Positions 1-13,400 of a stretch of 64,000 bases of DNA are shown here, piece after piece (position 1 is the stretch's first letter; the number at the start of each line of letters is the position of its first letter). A program made the translations under genes and the position numbers. The stretch comes from Macrostomum lignano (lineage: Eukaryota), in assembly GCA_002269645.1 (NCBI GenBank), contig NIVC01003685.1:18937-82936 (forward strand). The letters are read 5' to 3'. The notes under the pieces are model-generated. The model made no database searches and was not told the origin of the DNA. It saw nothing but the letters and a program-made list of their open reading frames with translations.

Positions 1-334
1 TTGTGTTAATGTTGATCGAAGAGTTGCAAGGAAGATACAATGAACCTTACCGATCCTGTATGTGAGCTGACTACATCAACAAGACCTTGGAATTAGCTGT
101 ACACATTTCTCTCCACACGGCTTGCAGCACTGAATCAACTCTATCAAAATACACAATGCAAATTGGGGGGGGGGTTTCCCACATAACTAAAGTATTCTAA
201 GCTACGATCGTCACTCAGTCAGGAATTTACGTCTATGGCCCAACCTGTCTTTGTTCTGTTGGCTTTCAACTTTGGCTGTGTCTGTTTTATAACAAGCAAG
301 CATAGTTCAGACACGGATATTGACTAAGTGGAAG

Positions 335-601
335 ATGTCAATATTAGCCACCATCGAGTACAATGGTCGCAGCTCGCAGAGAGCGCAGCCGAGCCACCTC
401 AGACTGGAACTGCTGCTGCAAGACTCCGTGTCCGAGGTGAAGTCCAAGATCCATCGCGCTCTCTCCGTACCAGCCAACCTGATGCGACTATTCTGCGGCA
501 ACTTCGAACTGCAGGACACGGATTCGCTGCTGAACTATTACAGCTACACAAACCAGGATGTGGAAGGACGGCGATGCCTTACTCTGCAGCTGGTCATGTG
601 A
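335..601 (+). CDS. Small ubiquitin-like (beta-grasp) domain ORF, 88 aa, no C-terminal di-Gly; may be the first exon of a longer spliced gene
   Basis: MSILATIEY...LRLELLLQDSVSEVKSKIHRALSVPANLMRLFCGNFELQDTDSLLNY...LTLQL fits the UBL pattern (dTV.elK.kI....giP...qrL.f.G..L.D...L..Y). CpG-rich and coding-like. Confidence 0.7.
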   Translation: MSILATIEYNGRSSQRAQPSHLRLELLLQDSVSEVKSKIHRALSVPANLMRLFCGNFELQDTDSLLNYYSYTNQDVEGRRCLTLQLVM

Positions 602-653
602 CTTAGCAGCAACTGGTAGCACTACGATTTCTAATGTAAATGTACCTATCCAG

Positions 654-1439
654 CAGTATTATCCAACAGCATTTCTGGAGCTGGTTGCAGCCTACGTAAA
701 AGAAGAGGACGCTGACTGTTGTTTGAACTTTTTAGTAAGTTTATGCCTAAAATTGACAGAGAAGACCATCAAATATTAAACAGTAACCGCCAATAAATAC
801 CTAATTGTTTATTAATTGTTTTGCAATTCACACTCGTAAGGGCCAAACCACCCCACCCTTCATTAGAAAGTCATCAGTGCCACTGTACACTCAATGTGAG
901 CGTTTGTATGAGTGAATACCTGTGTACAGTAAGTATCCACAGATTAACACCCATGGTCAATTCTTAAAAATAGACTTGGAACTACGATACTCGAAGGCAC
1001 CCTAAACCTTTGGGCGAAATTGAATTGAACACATACACTTCTACGAATGCTTTTTGCAACAAAATTGCAAAATTATATAATTATGAAAATGATCATCAGC
1101 CACTGGTAATAACTGATTGCAGCCGACACTGAATGCAACATTTGAGTTTATTAAATGAGTCGTAAAACGCAAGCTGAATCACTGGAACCAACTGATTTTT
1201 AGTGTTTTCAATGCAAAACTGCTTCACAACTGATCAAACGCTGTCAGTCGCTGAGCGAGAAAAATGCGTTGCAGAATTTCTGGGCAGCCGCGACGGAGTG
1301 GGCGGCCACGGGCGGCTGGGCTCGCAGATCGCGCATTGCCGGCTTCACGTCAGAGTAGTGCTGCGGGGTAGGGTGGGGACTGCTGATGCTGGGGTGGACT
1401 GACAGACAGACAGACAGACAGATAGACAGACAGACAGAC

Positions 1440-1474
<35 letters not shown>

Positions 1475-1477
1475 AAC

Positions 1478-1530
<53 letters not shown>

Positions 1531-1533
1531 AAC

Positions 1534-1603
<70 letters not shown>

Positions 1604-4475
1604 GGACACTAAGGCAGACAGCCAGACATACATACAGACATCAGAGAGACAGACAGACAGAAACACAGACAGAGACCACAACCAGAGGGCAGCAGGTCAG
1701 AGGCCTAACCGAGACCCTATTACACTTCCGTCCAGAGGTGCTCTGAGCGCCTGACAGTCGGGCTAGCAGACATGGAAAGCCTGTCGGCCCAGCTGCCAGG
1801 CGCCATCAGCCACTCGATGGTGGCAGCAGAACAGTCAAGTGAGTTGCAGTCTGTACGAAAGTATGACAGGGCCTCGACAGCCGGTTATGTTTCAAAAGGC
1901 ATCCATTGGGGCCAGGCAAAGTCAGTGCAATATATGAAATTAACACGTCACATAAATTCTAGGCAACAGAAAAAAATAAATTAAAATTACATGTCTACTT
2001 GAAGCAGTATTTTTTTGAATATTGAACTTGAAAGTGTGCTGCATTTAAGGATAAGGATATAGATTATGGATTACAGAACATTGAAGTTATAACTTTGACT
2101 GCCCATAAATTCTCTAGTTGAAAAAAAAGGATTTATATATAAAAGTCCCCATAATAGATTCCAGATCCCTGCAAGATTACAAGATCCCTACAAGATCTCA
2201 GATCCCTACAAGATCCCAAATCCCTATAAGATACCAGATCCCCACAATATCGCAGACCCCTACAAGACGCCAGGTCCTTACAAGACGCCAGATCCTTACA
2301 AGATGCCAGATCCCTACAAGACGCCAGATCCCTACAAGACGCCAGATCCTTACAAGATGCCAGATCGTTACAAGATGCCAGATCCCTACAAGACGCCAGA
2401 TCCTTACAAGATGCCAGATCCTTACAAGATGCCAGATCCTTACAAGATGCCAGATCCCTACAAGACGCCAGATCCCTACAAGACGCCAGATCCCTACAAG
2501 ACGCCAGATCCTTACAAGATGCCAGATCGTTACAAGATGCCAGATCCCTACAAGACGCCAGATCCTTACAAGATGCCAGATCCTTACAAGATGCCAGATC
2601 CTTACAAGATGCCAGATCCCTACAAGACGCCAGATCCCTACAAGACGCCAGATCCCTACAAGACGCCAGATCCCTACAAGACGCCAGATCCCTACAAAAT
2701 CCCAGATCCCTACAAGATCCCAGATCCCTACAAGATCCCAGCTGGCAACTGGGCTCACCATGGTCAGACAGGCCAGTGACCGCTCGTACACCAGCCTGCG
2801 TAGGTGTCGCTCATTCGCTTCCTCGTCCCCGCTACCCGAGCAGGCCTCGTCGCTGGGAATTCCGCCGCCCTCGGCGCCCCAGACGGCGCAGCGCAGGAGG
2901 CAGGCGACCAGCAGGCGCAGCTCCTGCCGCGCCTTCTCCAGCCGGTCCAGCTTGGCGTCCAGCTCGTCTCGGGTCGGCGTGTCCTCGTCTACTAGCATGG
3001 CGGCCGGGCCCGACTGTCGGGTGATGGTGGATGGGGATATTTTCTATTTCAATATGACAGTATTATAGTATGAGAATTCTGATCCCAATGGGTTTGGGGA
3101 TTTTGATCTTGATTTCAAGTTCCCATTCCCAAGTAATTATTGGATTAAGGGTGCATGTGGCTGTCTCAGCGTACTGCAGGGCGCACTGGGGTCAGTGAGA
3201 CGCAGAGCAGCATAGAAAAAGTCAGCCCAGCTTCCTCAGCTTCATCTGCCACAGTTAGGGAACGCCTCAGACAGCCAATTTAACAATGCAAGCTGCCTAG
3301 GAGCTGTCCGTGGACCACATGGAATCTCATTCAATACACTAGCTACTCACACTACTGCAGCTCAGTAGTATCTGAGACTGTGAGCGATCTGAGCCCCAGC
3401 CCCACTAGCTACTCACACTACTGCAGCTCAGTAGTATCTGAGACTGTGAGCGATCTGAGCCCCAGCCCCAGCCCCACTAGCTACTCACACTACTGCAGCT
3501 CAGTAGTATCTGAGACTGTGAGCGATCTGAGCCCCAGCCCCACTAGCTACTCACACTACTGCAGCTCAGTAGTATCTGAGACTGTGAGCGATCTAAGCCC
3601 CAGCCCCACTAGCTACTCACACTACTGCAGCTCAGTAGTATCTGAGACTGTGAGCGATCTGAGCCCCAGCCCCAGCCCCACTAGCTACTCACACTACTGC
3701 AGCTCAGTAGTATCTGAAACTGTGAGCGATCTGAGCCCCAGCCCCACTAGCTACTCACACTACTGCAGCTCAGTAGTATCTGAGACTGTGAGCGATCTGA
3801 GCCCCAGCCCCAGCCCCACTAGCTACTCACACTACTGCAGCTCAGTAGTATCTGAGACTGTGAGCGATCTGAGCCCCAGCCCCACTAGCTACTCACACTA
3901 CTGCAGCTCAGTAGTATCTGAGACTGTGAGCGATCTGAGCCCCAGCCCCAGCCCCACTAGCTACTCACACTACTGCAGCTCAGTAGTATCTGAGACTGTG
4001 AGCGATCTGAGCCCCAGCCCCACTAGCTACTCACACTACTGCAGCTCAGTAGTATCTGAGACTGTGAGCGATCTAAGCCCCAGCCCCACTAGCTACTCAC
4101 ACTACTGCAGCTCAGTAGTATCTGAGACTGTGAGCGATCTGAGCCCCAGCCCCAGCCCCACTAGCTACTCACACTACTGCAGCTCAGTAGTATCTGAGAC
4201 TGTGAGCGATCTGAGCCCCAGCCCCACTAGCTACTCACACTACTGCAGCTCAGTAGTATCTGAGACGCTGTGAGCCCCGCAGCGGACAGCCGCAGACACG
4301 CAGGCAGCGAGTCTCTGAGGCAAAAATGCCGCACAGGGCCGCCAACCGTCTGCCACAGAAGGAAAGCCTCGCTCGGCCACTGGGCGGAGCTGCTGCTGCC
4401 GCGGTGCCGGCCAGGGGCAAAATGTGGCCCATCATGCTGTACGAGTATTTGAAAACACAAAGGATCCCATACTAG
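654..4475 (+). CDS. Candidate spliced gene nested antisense in the NCBP1 3' region (exons 654-734, 1736-1838, possibly 3180-3253, ~4290-4475)
   Basis: 654-734: tatccag|CAGTAT...TTA|gtaagt ([27 protein letters not shown]). 1736-1838: ttccgtccag|AGGTGC...TCAA|gtgagt, only one open frame ([34 protein letters not shown]). Last segment ends ...[19 protein letters not shown]. Splice phases are compatible, but the last two exons have weak sites. Confidence 0.4.
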
Positions 4476-7400
4476 TCGCTGTTCTGTGCTAAGAGTCTGA
4501 GACATCTATATTAGGAACGAATCCTCTAGAAATTAATCCGAATAAACTCTAGAGCTATGGGCAACTTAAACAATGGCGGGTATCTAATAATCTATATACC
4601 TAAATATACAACTAAAACAAAGACTAAGAACACAGGGAGTCTGGAACAAAGACTGAGAACACACCGGGGGTCAGGAACAAGGACTAATAACACACGGGAG
4701 TCTGGAACAAAGAATAAGACCACACGGGAGTCTGGAACAAATAATAAGACCACACGGGAGTCAGGAACAAAGACTAAGAGCACAGAGGAGATGGGGACAG
4801 ACTAAGAGCACAGAGGAGATGGGGACAGACTAAGAACACATGGGGGAGTCAGGAACAGACTGAGAACACGGGGAGTTAGGAACAAAGACTGAGAACACAG
4901 GGAGTCTGGAACAAAGGCTACTAAGAACACAGAGAAATCAGGAACAGAGACTAAGACTACAGAGGAGTTTGGAACAAAGACTAGCAAACAGACTAAGAAG
5001 ACACAGGAGTCACGAATAGACTAGCAACACATACATTAAGAAGCATCCTAACCTGATCAGTCGGCAGCTTCTGAGCAGCAGCTGCATCTTCATCACCGGC
5101 GGTGCCGCTACGCATTTTCTCATGATAAGAATCATATCTCTGCCTAGCCTTGGCCCAGTCCTCATTCAGCCTGGCCAGCTGCTTGCACATTTTGCTCAGC
5201 GTAGACTCGGCAGCGTCCCACGAATAGCATCGGCTGAGCTCCTGCTTCGGCAGCAGACCTTCGCCAGAGTCGCCAAGGCAGTCGCCGAACAGCCAGTCGA
5301 ACACGGCCTGACAATCAACCAGCTGCACTTTCACCAGCTTGTCCAGCAGCACAATCAGCATCTGCTCATGCCAGCGCCAGCACTCGTACAGCGAGGCCAA
5401 CACCCGGAGCTTAGCCGCTTGGTTGTCAAGCGGCACCAGAGCTTTGCACACGGAATGGAATTTGGCCAGAGCTGCGAAACTGTGACTGAAACTCTTGCTG
5501 CCCAGGAAGAGCAGGGTGGAGAAGAACACGTCTACCTGCCAGTGCGGGGTTAATGGGTGCGCGGGTAGAATTGCGACTGTTTAACAGGAACCAGCTAGGA
5601 GGCAAGCAGTCTAGGATACAGCCAGATCTACAAGATTTGAGTCTAGAATACAGCCAGATCTACAAGATTTGAGTCTAGGATAGAGCCAGATCTACAAGAT
5701 TTGAGTCTAGGATAGAGCCAGATCTACAAGATTTGAGTCTAGAATACAGCCAGATCTACAAGATTTGAGTCTAGGATAGAGCCAGATCTACAAGATTTGA
5801 GTCTAGGATAGAGCCAGATCTACAAGATTTGAGACTAGGATACAGCCAGATCTACAAGATTTGAGACTAGGATAGAGCCAGATCTACAAGATTTGAGACT
5901 AGGATAGAGCCAGATCTACAAGATTTGAGACTAGGATACAGCCAGATCTACAAGATTTGAGACTAGGATACAGCCAGATCTACAAGATTTGAGACTAGGA
6001 TACAGCCAGATCTACAAGATTTGAGACTAGGATACAGCCAGATCTACAAGATTTGAGACTAAGATACAGCCAGATCTACAATTGATTTGAGACTAGGATA
6101 CAGCCAGATCTACAAGATTTGAGTCTAGGATACAGCCAGATCTACAAGATTTGAGTCTGGGATGATGGAATCGAATCTACAATCCAGTAAAGCAGACAGC
6201 CAGTCAGACAGACGCGAGCTCACCTTGAGCAGCAAGTGTCTCTCGTTCGGGCCGCCATTCTCAGCACCGCCAGCAGGCACGGGCAGGGTGTTGAGCACCT
6301 CGATAGCCCGCTCGGGTGTGCAGCGTTCCCGAATAGCATCGATCAGTCTCTGGGCGGACTGCACCACCTCGGGGCTGAAGTCCTCCTCGATGTCGTATTT
6401 ATAATGACACTCTGGCGGCTTGTCGTGCAGCAGCATCGGGGCCAGGCGCGTACCGAAGCTCTTGCGCACGTGATCGTAGTAGGAGAAGCGGACCAGCAGC
6501 TGGGCGGTGTCGCGCAGGAATACCAGCTTGGGGTGGGAGAATACCAGATCCTGCGGGTAGGGATTGAGTAAGGGGGAATGCTGGGGGATGGCGCTTTGGG
6601 CACCTAACTGATGTCATGACTGGCTAATTCGATGCCATGACTGGCTAATTGGGTGTCATGACTGTCTAATTGAATGTCGTGACTGTCTAATTGAATGTCG
6701 TGACTGTCTAATTGGGTGTCATGACTGTCTAATTGGGTGTCATGACTGTCTAATTGGGTGTCATGACTGTCTAATTGGGTGTCATTACTGTCTACTTGGG
6801 TGCCATGACTATCTAATTGGGTGTCATGACTGTCTAATTGAATGTCGTGACTGTCTAATTGGGTGTCATGACTGTCTAATTGGGTGTCATGACTGTCTAA
6901 TTGGGTGTCATGACTGTCTAATTGGATGCCGTGACTGTCTAATTGGGTGTCATGACTATCTAATTGTATGTCATGACTGTCTAATTGGGTGTCATGACTG
7001 TCTAATTGGGTGTCATGACTGTCTAATTGGGTGTCGTTACTGTCTAATTGGATGCCATGACTATCTAATTGGGTGTCATGACTGTCTAATTGTACGTCAT
7101 GACTATCTAATTGGGTGTCGTGACTGTCTAATTGGATGTCATGACTATCTAATTAGGTGTCATGACTGTCTAATTGGGTGTCATGACTGTCTAATTGGGT
7201 GTCATGACTGTCTAATTGGGTGTCGTTACTGTCTAATTGGATGTCATGACTGTCTAATTGGGTGTCATGACTGTCTAATTGTATGTCATGACTGTCTAAT
7301 TGTATGTCATGACTATCTAATTGGATGTCGTGACTGTCTAATTGGATGTCATGACTGTCTAATTGTATGTCATGACTATCTAATTGGATGTCATGACTGT

Positions 7401-10400
7401 CTAATTGGGTGTCATGACTGTCTAATTGGGTGGCATGACTGTCTAATTGGGTGGCATGACTGTCTAATTTTATTTCAAATTGAGTGTCATGACTCATGAC
7501 TGTCTAATTGATGTCATGACAATCTAATTGGATTTCATGGCTGCCTAGGTCTCAGACAACAGCAAGACAAAAAGGTGTCATAGGCTTTAATTCAGGTTTC
7601 AAAACTGTCACATTGTAAATTAGCGCAGGGTTAAACTTAATGCCAAGGAGTATCGCGCTCACCTGGCATTCATCGGTCCAGTCAGACCAGGACCACTGGT
7701 ACTTGCACTGGCTCAGGTGATAGGAGAACCACTTAGCCAGCCTGCTCAGGCACTCGGCATTGAGCCCGTTGATTCTATCGAACAAACTAAACGTTGCCTG
7801 GGCAACCACATTCGGCATGGTCTCCGGGTCCTCTTTGCACAGCTCGATGAGCAGAGAGCAGTAGAACAGGTGCAGCAGGTCAGACTGGGGCAGACGGAGC
7901 ATCTGGCCCATGACCAGCTCGGTAATCATGTAGGGCAGCGGCACGCGGACTCCGAAACGGGCGCTCAGCAGGGCTTTGGCGCACTCTTTGCGATCGTGAT
8001 AGTGGCAGGCGATGAGGGCTGACAGGTGCTCCTCTACTAGGTAGCGCTCGATTGAGTGCTCGCCTTGAATAGTGAGTAGGGATGGGGGTTACAGGCTTTC
8101 TTATCTTCTTTGATGAGTTGCATTGGGAGGCTCCGAGAAGCATCAGGGAGGTTGGCCCAGCAACTGAGGATCTGGGAGGTTGGCCCAGCAACTGAGGATC
8201 TGGGAGGCTGGCCCAGCAACTGAGGATCTGGGATGCTGGCCCAGCAACCGAGGATCTGGGAGGCTGGCCCAGCAACTGAGGATCTGGGAGGCTGGCCCAG
8301 CAACTGAGGATCTGGGATGCTGGCCCAGCAACTGAGGATCTGGGAGGCTGGCCCAGCAACTGAGGAGCTGGGAGGCTGGCCTAATTGGGGATCTGGGAGG
8401 CTGGCCAAGCAACTGGGGATGTGGACCACTGTGACGTAAAGAATGATACTAAAGCCATCTACTGTAACACCTATAGCATTGAACTGCTTATCTAATCTAG
8501 GTACGCAGCCCAGCCACTCACCAGGCAGCGCGGGGCCATCCTCGGGCACGTCAGTGTAGTCAAACAAGCGGAACACGGTCCTCGGCGGCGGGTAGCTGCT
8601 GGTCGAGCTGCCGATGGCTGCCGACGCCTCCTCGTGCGGCTGCGGCGCAATGGCGGCTGGCAGGCTGTGACAGACGGCGTCAGGCGAAGCGAGCATGGAG
8701 GCGAAGGCCTCGAATCGGAGGCTGCACTTCTCGCGCCAGTCAGCTTTGGCGAGGGATTGGATCTGGGGAGGATGTAAAGGGTCAGGGGTTGGTGTATAAG
8801 ACTACGGATAGTCAATAGTCAGTACACAGACAGACAGACAGACAGACAGGCATCTCACCTGATGCCACAGGCTGTCAATCCAGTCCTCCTGCCCAGCCAG
8901 GCTCTGCACGGCGGTCACGTGATTCAGACTTCGCCTGGCCCGGTAGCTGTCCACGCTGCTGAGCAGCTGCATCAGCTCAGTCCGGTGCTTCTCAGCCAGG
9001 GGGGCCGCAGCCCAGGGCAGGCTGGCCAGCACCAGGTGGACGAAGAAGTCCGACCTGATAATTAAGCAGGGTCAGCTCAGATGGGTAAAGTGTGTCATCA
9101 AGTTTGCTGAGTAGTTTAGATAGGCAGTTATCCCAACCTTCACTCCTTCGGGGCAGTTTCTAAACCCCCAGGACAGAGTCCTAAACTTCAGAGCAGTGTC
9201 TAAACCCCTAGGACAGAGTCCCAAACTTCAGGACAGTGTCTAAACCCCTAGGACAGAGTTCCAAACTTCAGGGCAGTGTCTAAACCCCCAGGACGGAGTC
9301 CCAAACTTCAGGACAGTGTCTAAACCCCCAGGAGGGAGTCCCAAACTTCAGGACAGTGTCTAAACCCCCAGGAGGGAGTCCCAAACTTCAGAGCAGTGTC
9401 TAAACCCCTAGGACAGAGTTCCAAACTTCAGGGCAGTGTCTAAACCCCCAGGACGGAGTCCCAAACTTCAGAGCAGTGTCTAAACCCCCAGGAGGGAGTC
9501 CCAAACTTCAGGACAGTGTCTAAACCCCCAGGACAGAGTCCCAAACTTCAGGACAGTGTCTAAACCCCCAGGACAGAGTCCCAAACTTCAGGACAGTGTC
9601 TAAACCCCCAGGACAGAGTCCCAAACTTCAGGGCAGTGGTTAACTTTCAGGAAAGAGTCTTAGACTTCAGGGCAGCGTGTATACCTGGCCTGCGGAATGC
9701 CTTCTTCCAGGGTGACGCCCAGAAAAGAGTTGAACAGTTGTAGCAGCGAGGCGGGTGCCACAACCCGGTAGTTAACCAGCTCGGCTAGGAACCGAACAGT
9801 GCATAGCAGGTTGGACCAGCTGGTGCCGCTCTGCAGCTCTGTGCGCAGCTCCTTCACGAGCCGCTCCAGAAACTGTTAAACACACAGAATTTAGCTGAAT
9901 AATGAAGCCTCGTAGCTCAAAATTGAAGCCTAACTTGAACTATTAACTGAACCCTAACCTGAGCCATGAACTGAACCCTAACCTGAACTATGAACTGAAC
10001 CCTAACCTGAACTATGAACTGAACCCTAACCTGAACTATGAACTGAACCCTAACCTGAGCCATGAACTGAACCCTAACCTGAACTATGAACTGAACCCTA
10101 ACCTGAACCATGAACTGAACCCTAACCTGAACCATCAACTGAACCCTAACCTGAACCATCAACTGAACCCTAACCTGAACCATCAACTGAACCCTAACCT
10201 GAACCGTGAACTGAACCCTAACCTGAACCATGAACTGAACCCTAACCTGAACCATGAACTGAACCCTAACCTGAACCATCAAATGAACCCTAACCTGAAC
10301 CATCAACTGAACCCTAGCCTGAACCATCAACTGAACCCTAACCTGAACCATCAACTGAACCCTAACCTGAACCATCAACTGAACCCTAACCTGAACCATC

Positions 10401-13400
10401 AACTGAAGCCTAATCTGAACCATGAACTGGAGCTTAACCTATATTTTAATTTAAACATGGAAAAGTTTTAAGTTTTAAATATGAACCAGAAACAAAACGA
10501 TAATTATAAGGAGCATTTACCTCACCAACAAAAGCATGATTTTTTAGGTTAATCAAGCCAACCAATGTGCCATACACTCGCAGCTTGTCAGGTCGCTCAG
10601 ATGCACTGTTTAAAAGTTGAGACAAGTATATATTTATATGATTTATAATTACATAAATCAAATGTTTGCATGATTGTTCTAGTTATCTATAACTTACCAG
10701 GCGACAAGAACTTCAATAATAGCGTCTTTAAACTTGGGAATTTCGCTTTCCAACACCATAGACAGGTCGTGGACATTATTCTGCACTGTTTCATGCTGCT
10801 CGATGGTTGACTGAAGTTGAGAATATATGGTTCTGTGTTACATATTTCTCAATAGTGAGTGACTCAAATTTTAAAGTAATAAATAACCTACATGATTGCC
10901 CAACTGAGCAATTAAGTCTTCTAATCTTTCTTTAGCAATGAGTTCTTCATACTCAAGCCGAGATCGCTTGGATCTGCTGCCTGTGTGCAAATGGATAGTG
11001 ATAAATTATCGTTAATTATGCTGATGAGTAGGTAATAAAAATATTATTATGGTCATAGCAATTTCAATGTTTCAGATATCATAAATTGTAAAATATGGAT
11101 TGATTAAATTATTGATAATTAAGTGTGTTCCACTGAAATGAATATCCTACCATAGGAATATTCATAGGTAAAACTACAGCTGTTTCTATTGGTGTATCAA
11201 TAACTACTATTATAGGTACCAATTTTGTCATTGAGTTTTTATAGCAGCCATATTTACAGCTATAATATTAATTAGGCTTAGGCTTTTGTGAATCCTACTT
11301 TTGAGAGCTAAAAAAAGCTTTTAAAATCCCAAAAAATGTTTATACCTGAGAGAAAAAATACTGTCCAATAGCAACTTACAAGCATGTGTGTGCTGCCAAT
11401 AGAAATGGCTGGGTGAATCCCTAGGTTGCACCTAAGCATGTGAGTTTCAATAATCAATTTAGGTTTAGGATCTTATTGAAAGTGATCTTTTTCATGAAAA
11501 TTCATAAAATTATTAAAATAATTGAGGTTTGTTCATATACCTTGAAATTGTCTATTTGTATGTCTGTCCATATTCTAGTGCTCATTATTCTTGTGAGTTA
11601 TGAAACTTTCAAATTTCATGATGTTCATGAAACTTCATTTATGAAGTTTCAAGTCATACATGCGCAACAGTCGGCCGAGTCGGCCGATCTGGCCGACCGA
11701 TTTGGCGACCAACCAAGGAAGTCGCAAAAATGCCCACCCGAAAAAATACCAAAGTAGTAGTACTAAGTAGCTGACGAGGCATTTTGACTTAATAAGACAG
11801 TCATAGTTACTCCTGCCGTTTATCCAAAGTTGCGTTAATTTTGAGTCAGGGTTTTTTATATGTAAGTCGCATTTTTGGCCAAAAACTACGTCGCATTTTT
11901 GTTAAAATGAAGTTGCATGGCCGACCGAATTTTGGAGGTTGCGCATGTATGTTTCAAGTGCATAGTAAATACTTATTTTTGTTAGCAATTTGGGTGTTAA
12001 TTTGTACCTAAGCAAAAATACAGTATGTATATTAAAAATCAAGGTGCAAATTGAGATTTTTTGCTACCATTATATATTAGTATGTATAAACTGAGGCGGC
12101 GTATTGGTTTGCAGGGTCAGACTCTTGAGTTATTGATCTATATATTTTATTGAACCTATGAGCCAATGCCTTCTTACACCCGAAGTGTTCAGATGTACAT
12201 ATTCACTCTAAGCACTTTATTTATTTTATGCCTTCTGTGCGCGCACTGCACCAACCACCCCAATATTATCACTATCGTGTTTGCTATATATCGTTAGTTT
12301 TCTCTCGCTTTGAAATCGTGAAATACAATAGCATTTTGACCATGCATAATTAAGCTAGACTTGTTTCATTCAATCGACGACACGTCAATGGCATCGCAAG
12401 CAGTTAGACAGAGCCAAGAGCTCAATTTGGAAGATGCAGAGATGGCTGAGGCTTGGATGCAACAGCTATCGGCGACAGCACGTATCAAGAAGCTCGCCGA
12501 CTCCGACGAAGCTCGTCGGAGTTTTTGTTAGCAATTTGGGTGTTAATTTGTACCTAAGCAAAAATACAGTATGTATATTAAAAATCAAGGTGCAAATTGA
12601 GATTTTTTGCTACCATTATATATTAGTATGTATAAACATTCAACTTACATCTTTAGTGGAATAAAAGATGATGCAAATTTGTATCATTCCTTAAAAATGT
12701 AGGTTTAAGTTCATCAAAAATACACCAAAATCAAACTGTATAAATAATGTAGACTTTGATAATATATTTTATATGACTCTTTCCTAATTCTTAAATACTG
12801 CTAGTGCTAGGCTGAATCTATCTTTCTTGGTAGTATTTCTTAGTAGAGGTTAGGTAATATCCTATTCTTATAAACAGTCAAGCAGTCAATCAAAGTAATA
12901 TCAAAATTTGTTAACTCTCTTTTCAGTTAGAGTTAGACTTTGGTTAGAATTTGTTAGCTTATCAAGCTAATCTCTGATATAATCTCAATTAGCTAATCTT
13001 AAATTCAGACTTATCTTTATTCTTAAATGATTTTTCAAACAACCCTTAATTTATAGACATACTACAACATGGCATTGGTGCTTTGCAAAACAGCTGAACA
13101 ATTGGAAGTAGAAGAGGCTAAGACAGAATTGCTAGCATGTATTGAACACATACTAGTGTGTCAATGATGTAATATTTGTAGATAAGACACCAAAGTTCAA
13201 TAAGAGATCAATTGTCAATATGTGTAACAAAATTCACCAATGGCTAGATTGGAACCAGTCTAACAAGACAAGGCAAGAGCTAGAATACCAGCTAGACAAG
13301 CTACTAAAAATCTATAGCCTAATTATTTCTAAAGTCTACAATGTGGTTAGAGACTAAGAAGTCAATTGAGTTTGACTGAGTCAATTAAGTCAAGTAAGGC

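Noticed and set aside
2118-4273. Repeat-protein ORFs ([17 protein letters not shown]...)
   Set aside because: Intronic minisatellites whose unit length is a multiple of 3; no independent coding evidence. The same applies to ORFs at 32615-33334, 41215-42051 and 49690-51202.
3343-9645. CRISPR-like appearance of 28-66-bp palindromic repeats
   Set aside because: No unique spacers, no cas genes, eukaryotic intron context.
9930-10430. Interstitial telomere (CCCTAA)
   Set aside because: One hexamer per 24-bp unit, not tandem TTAGGG.
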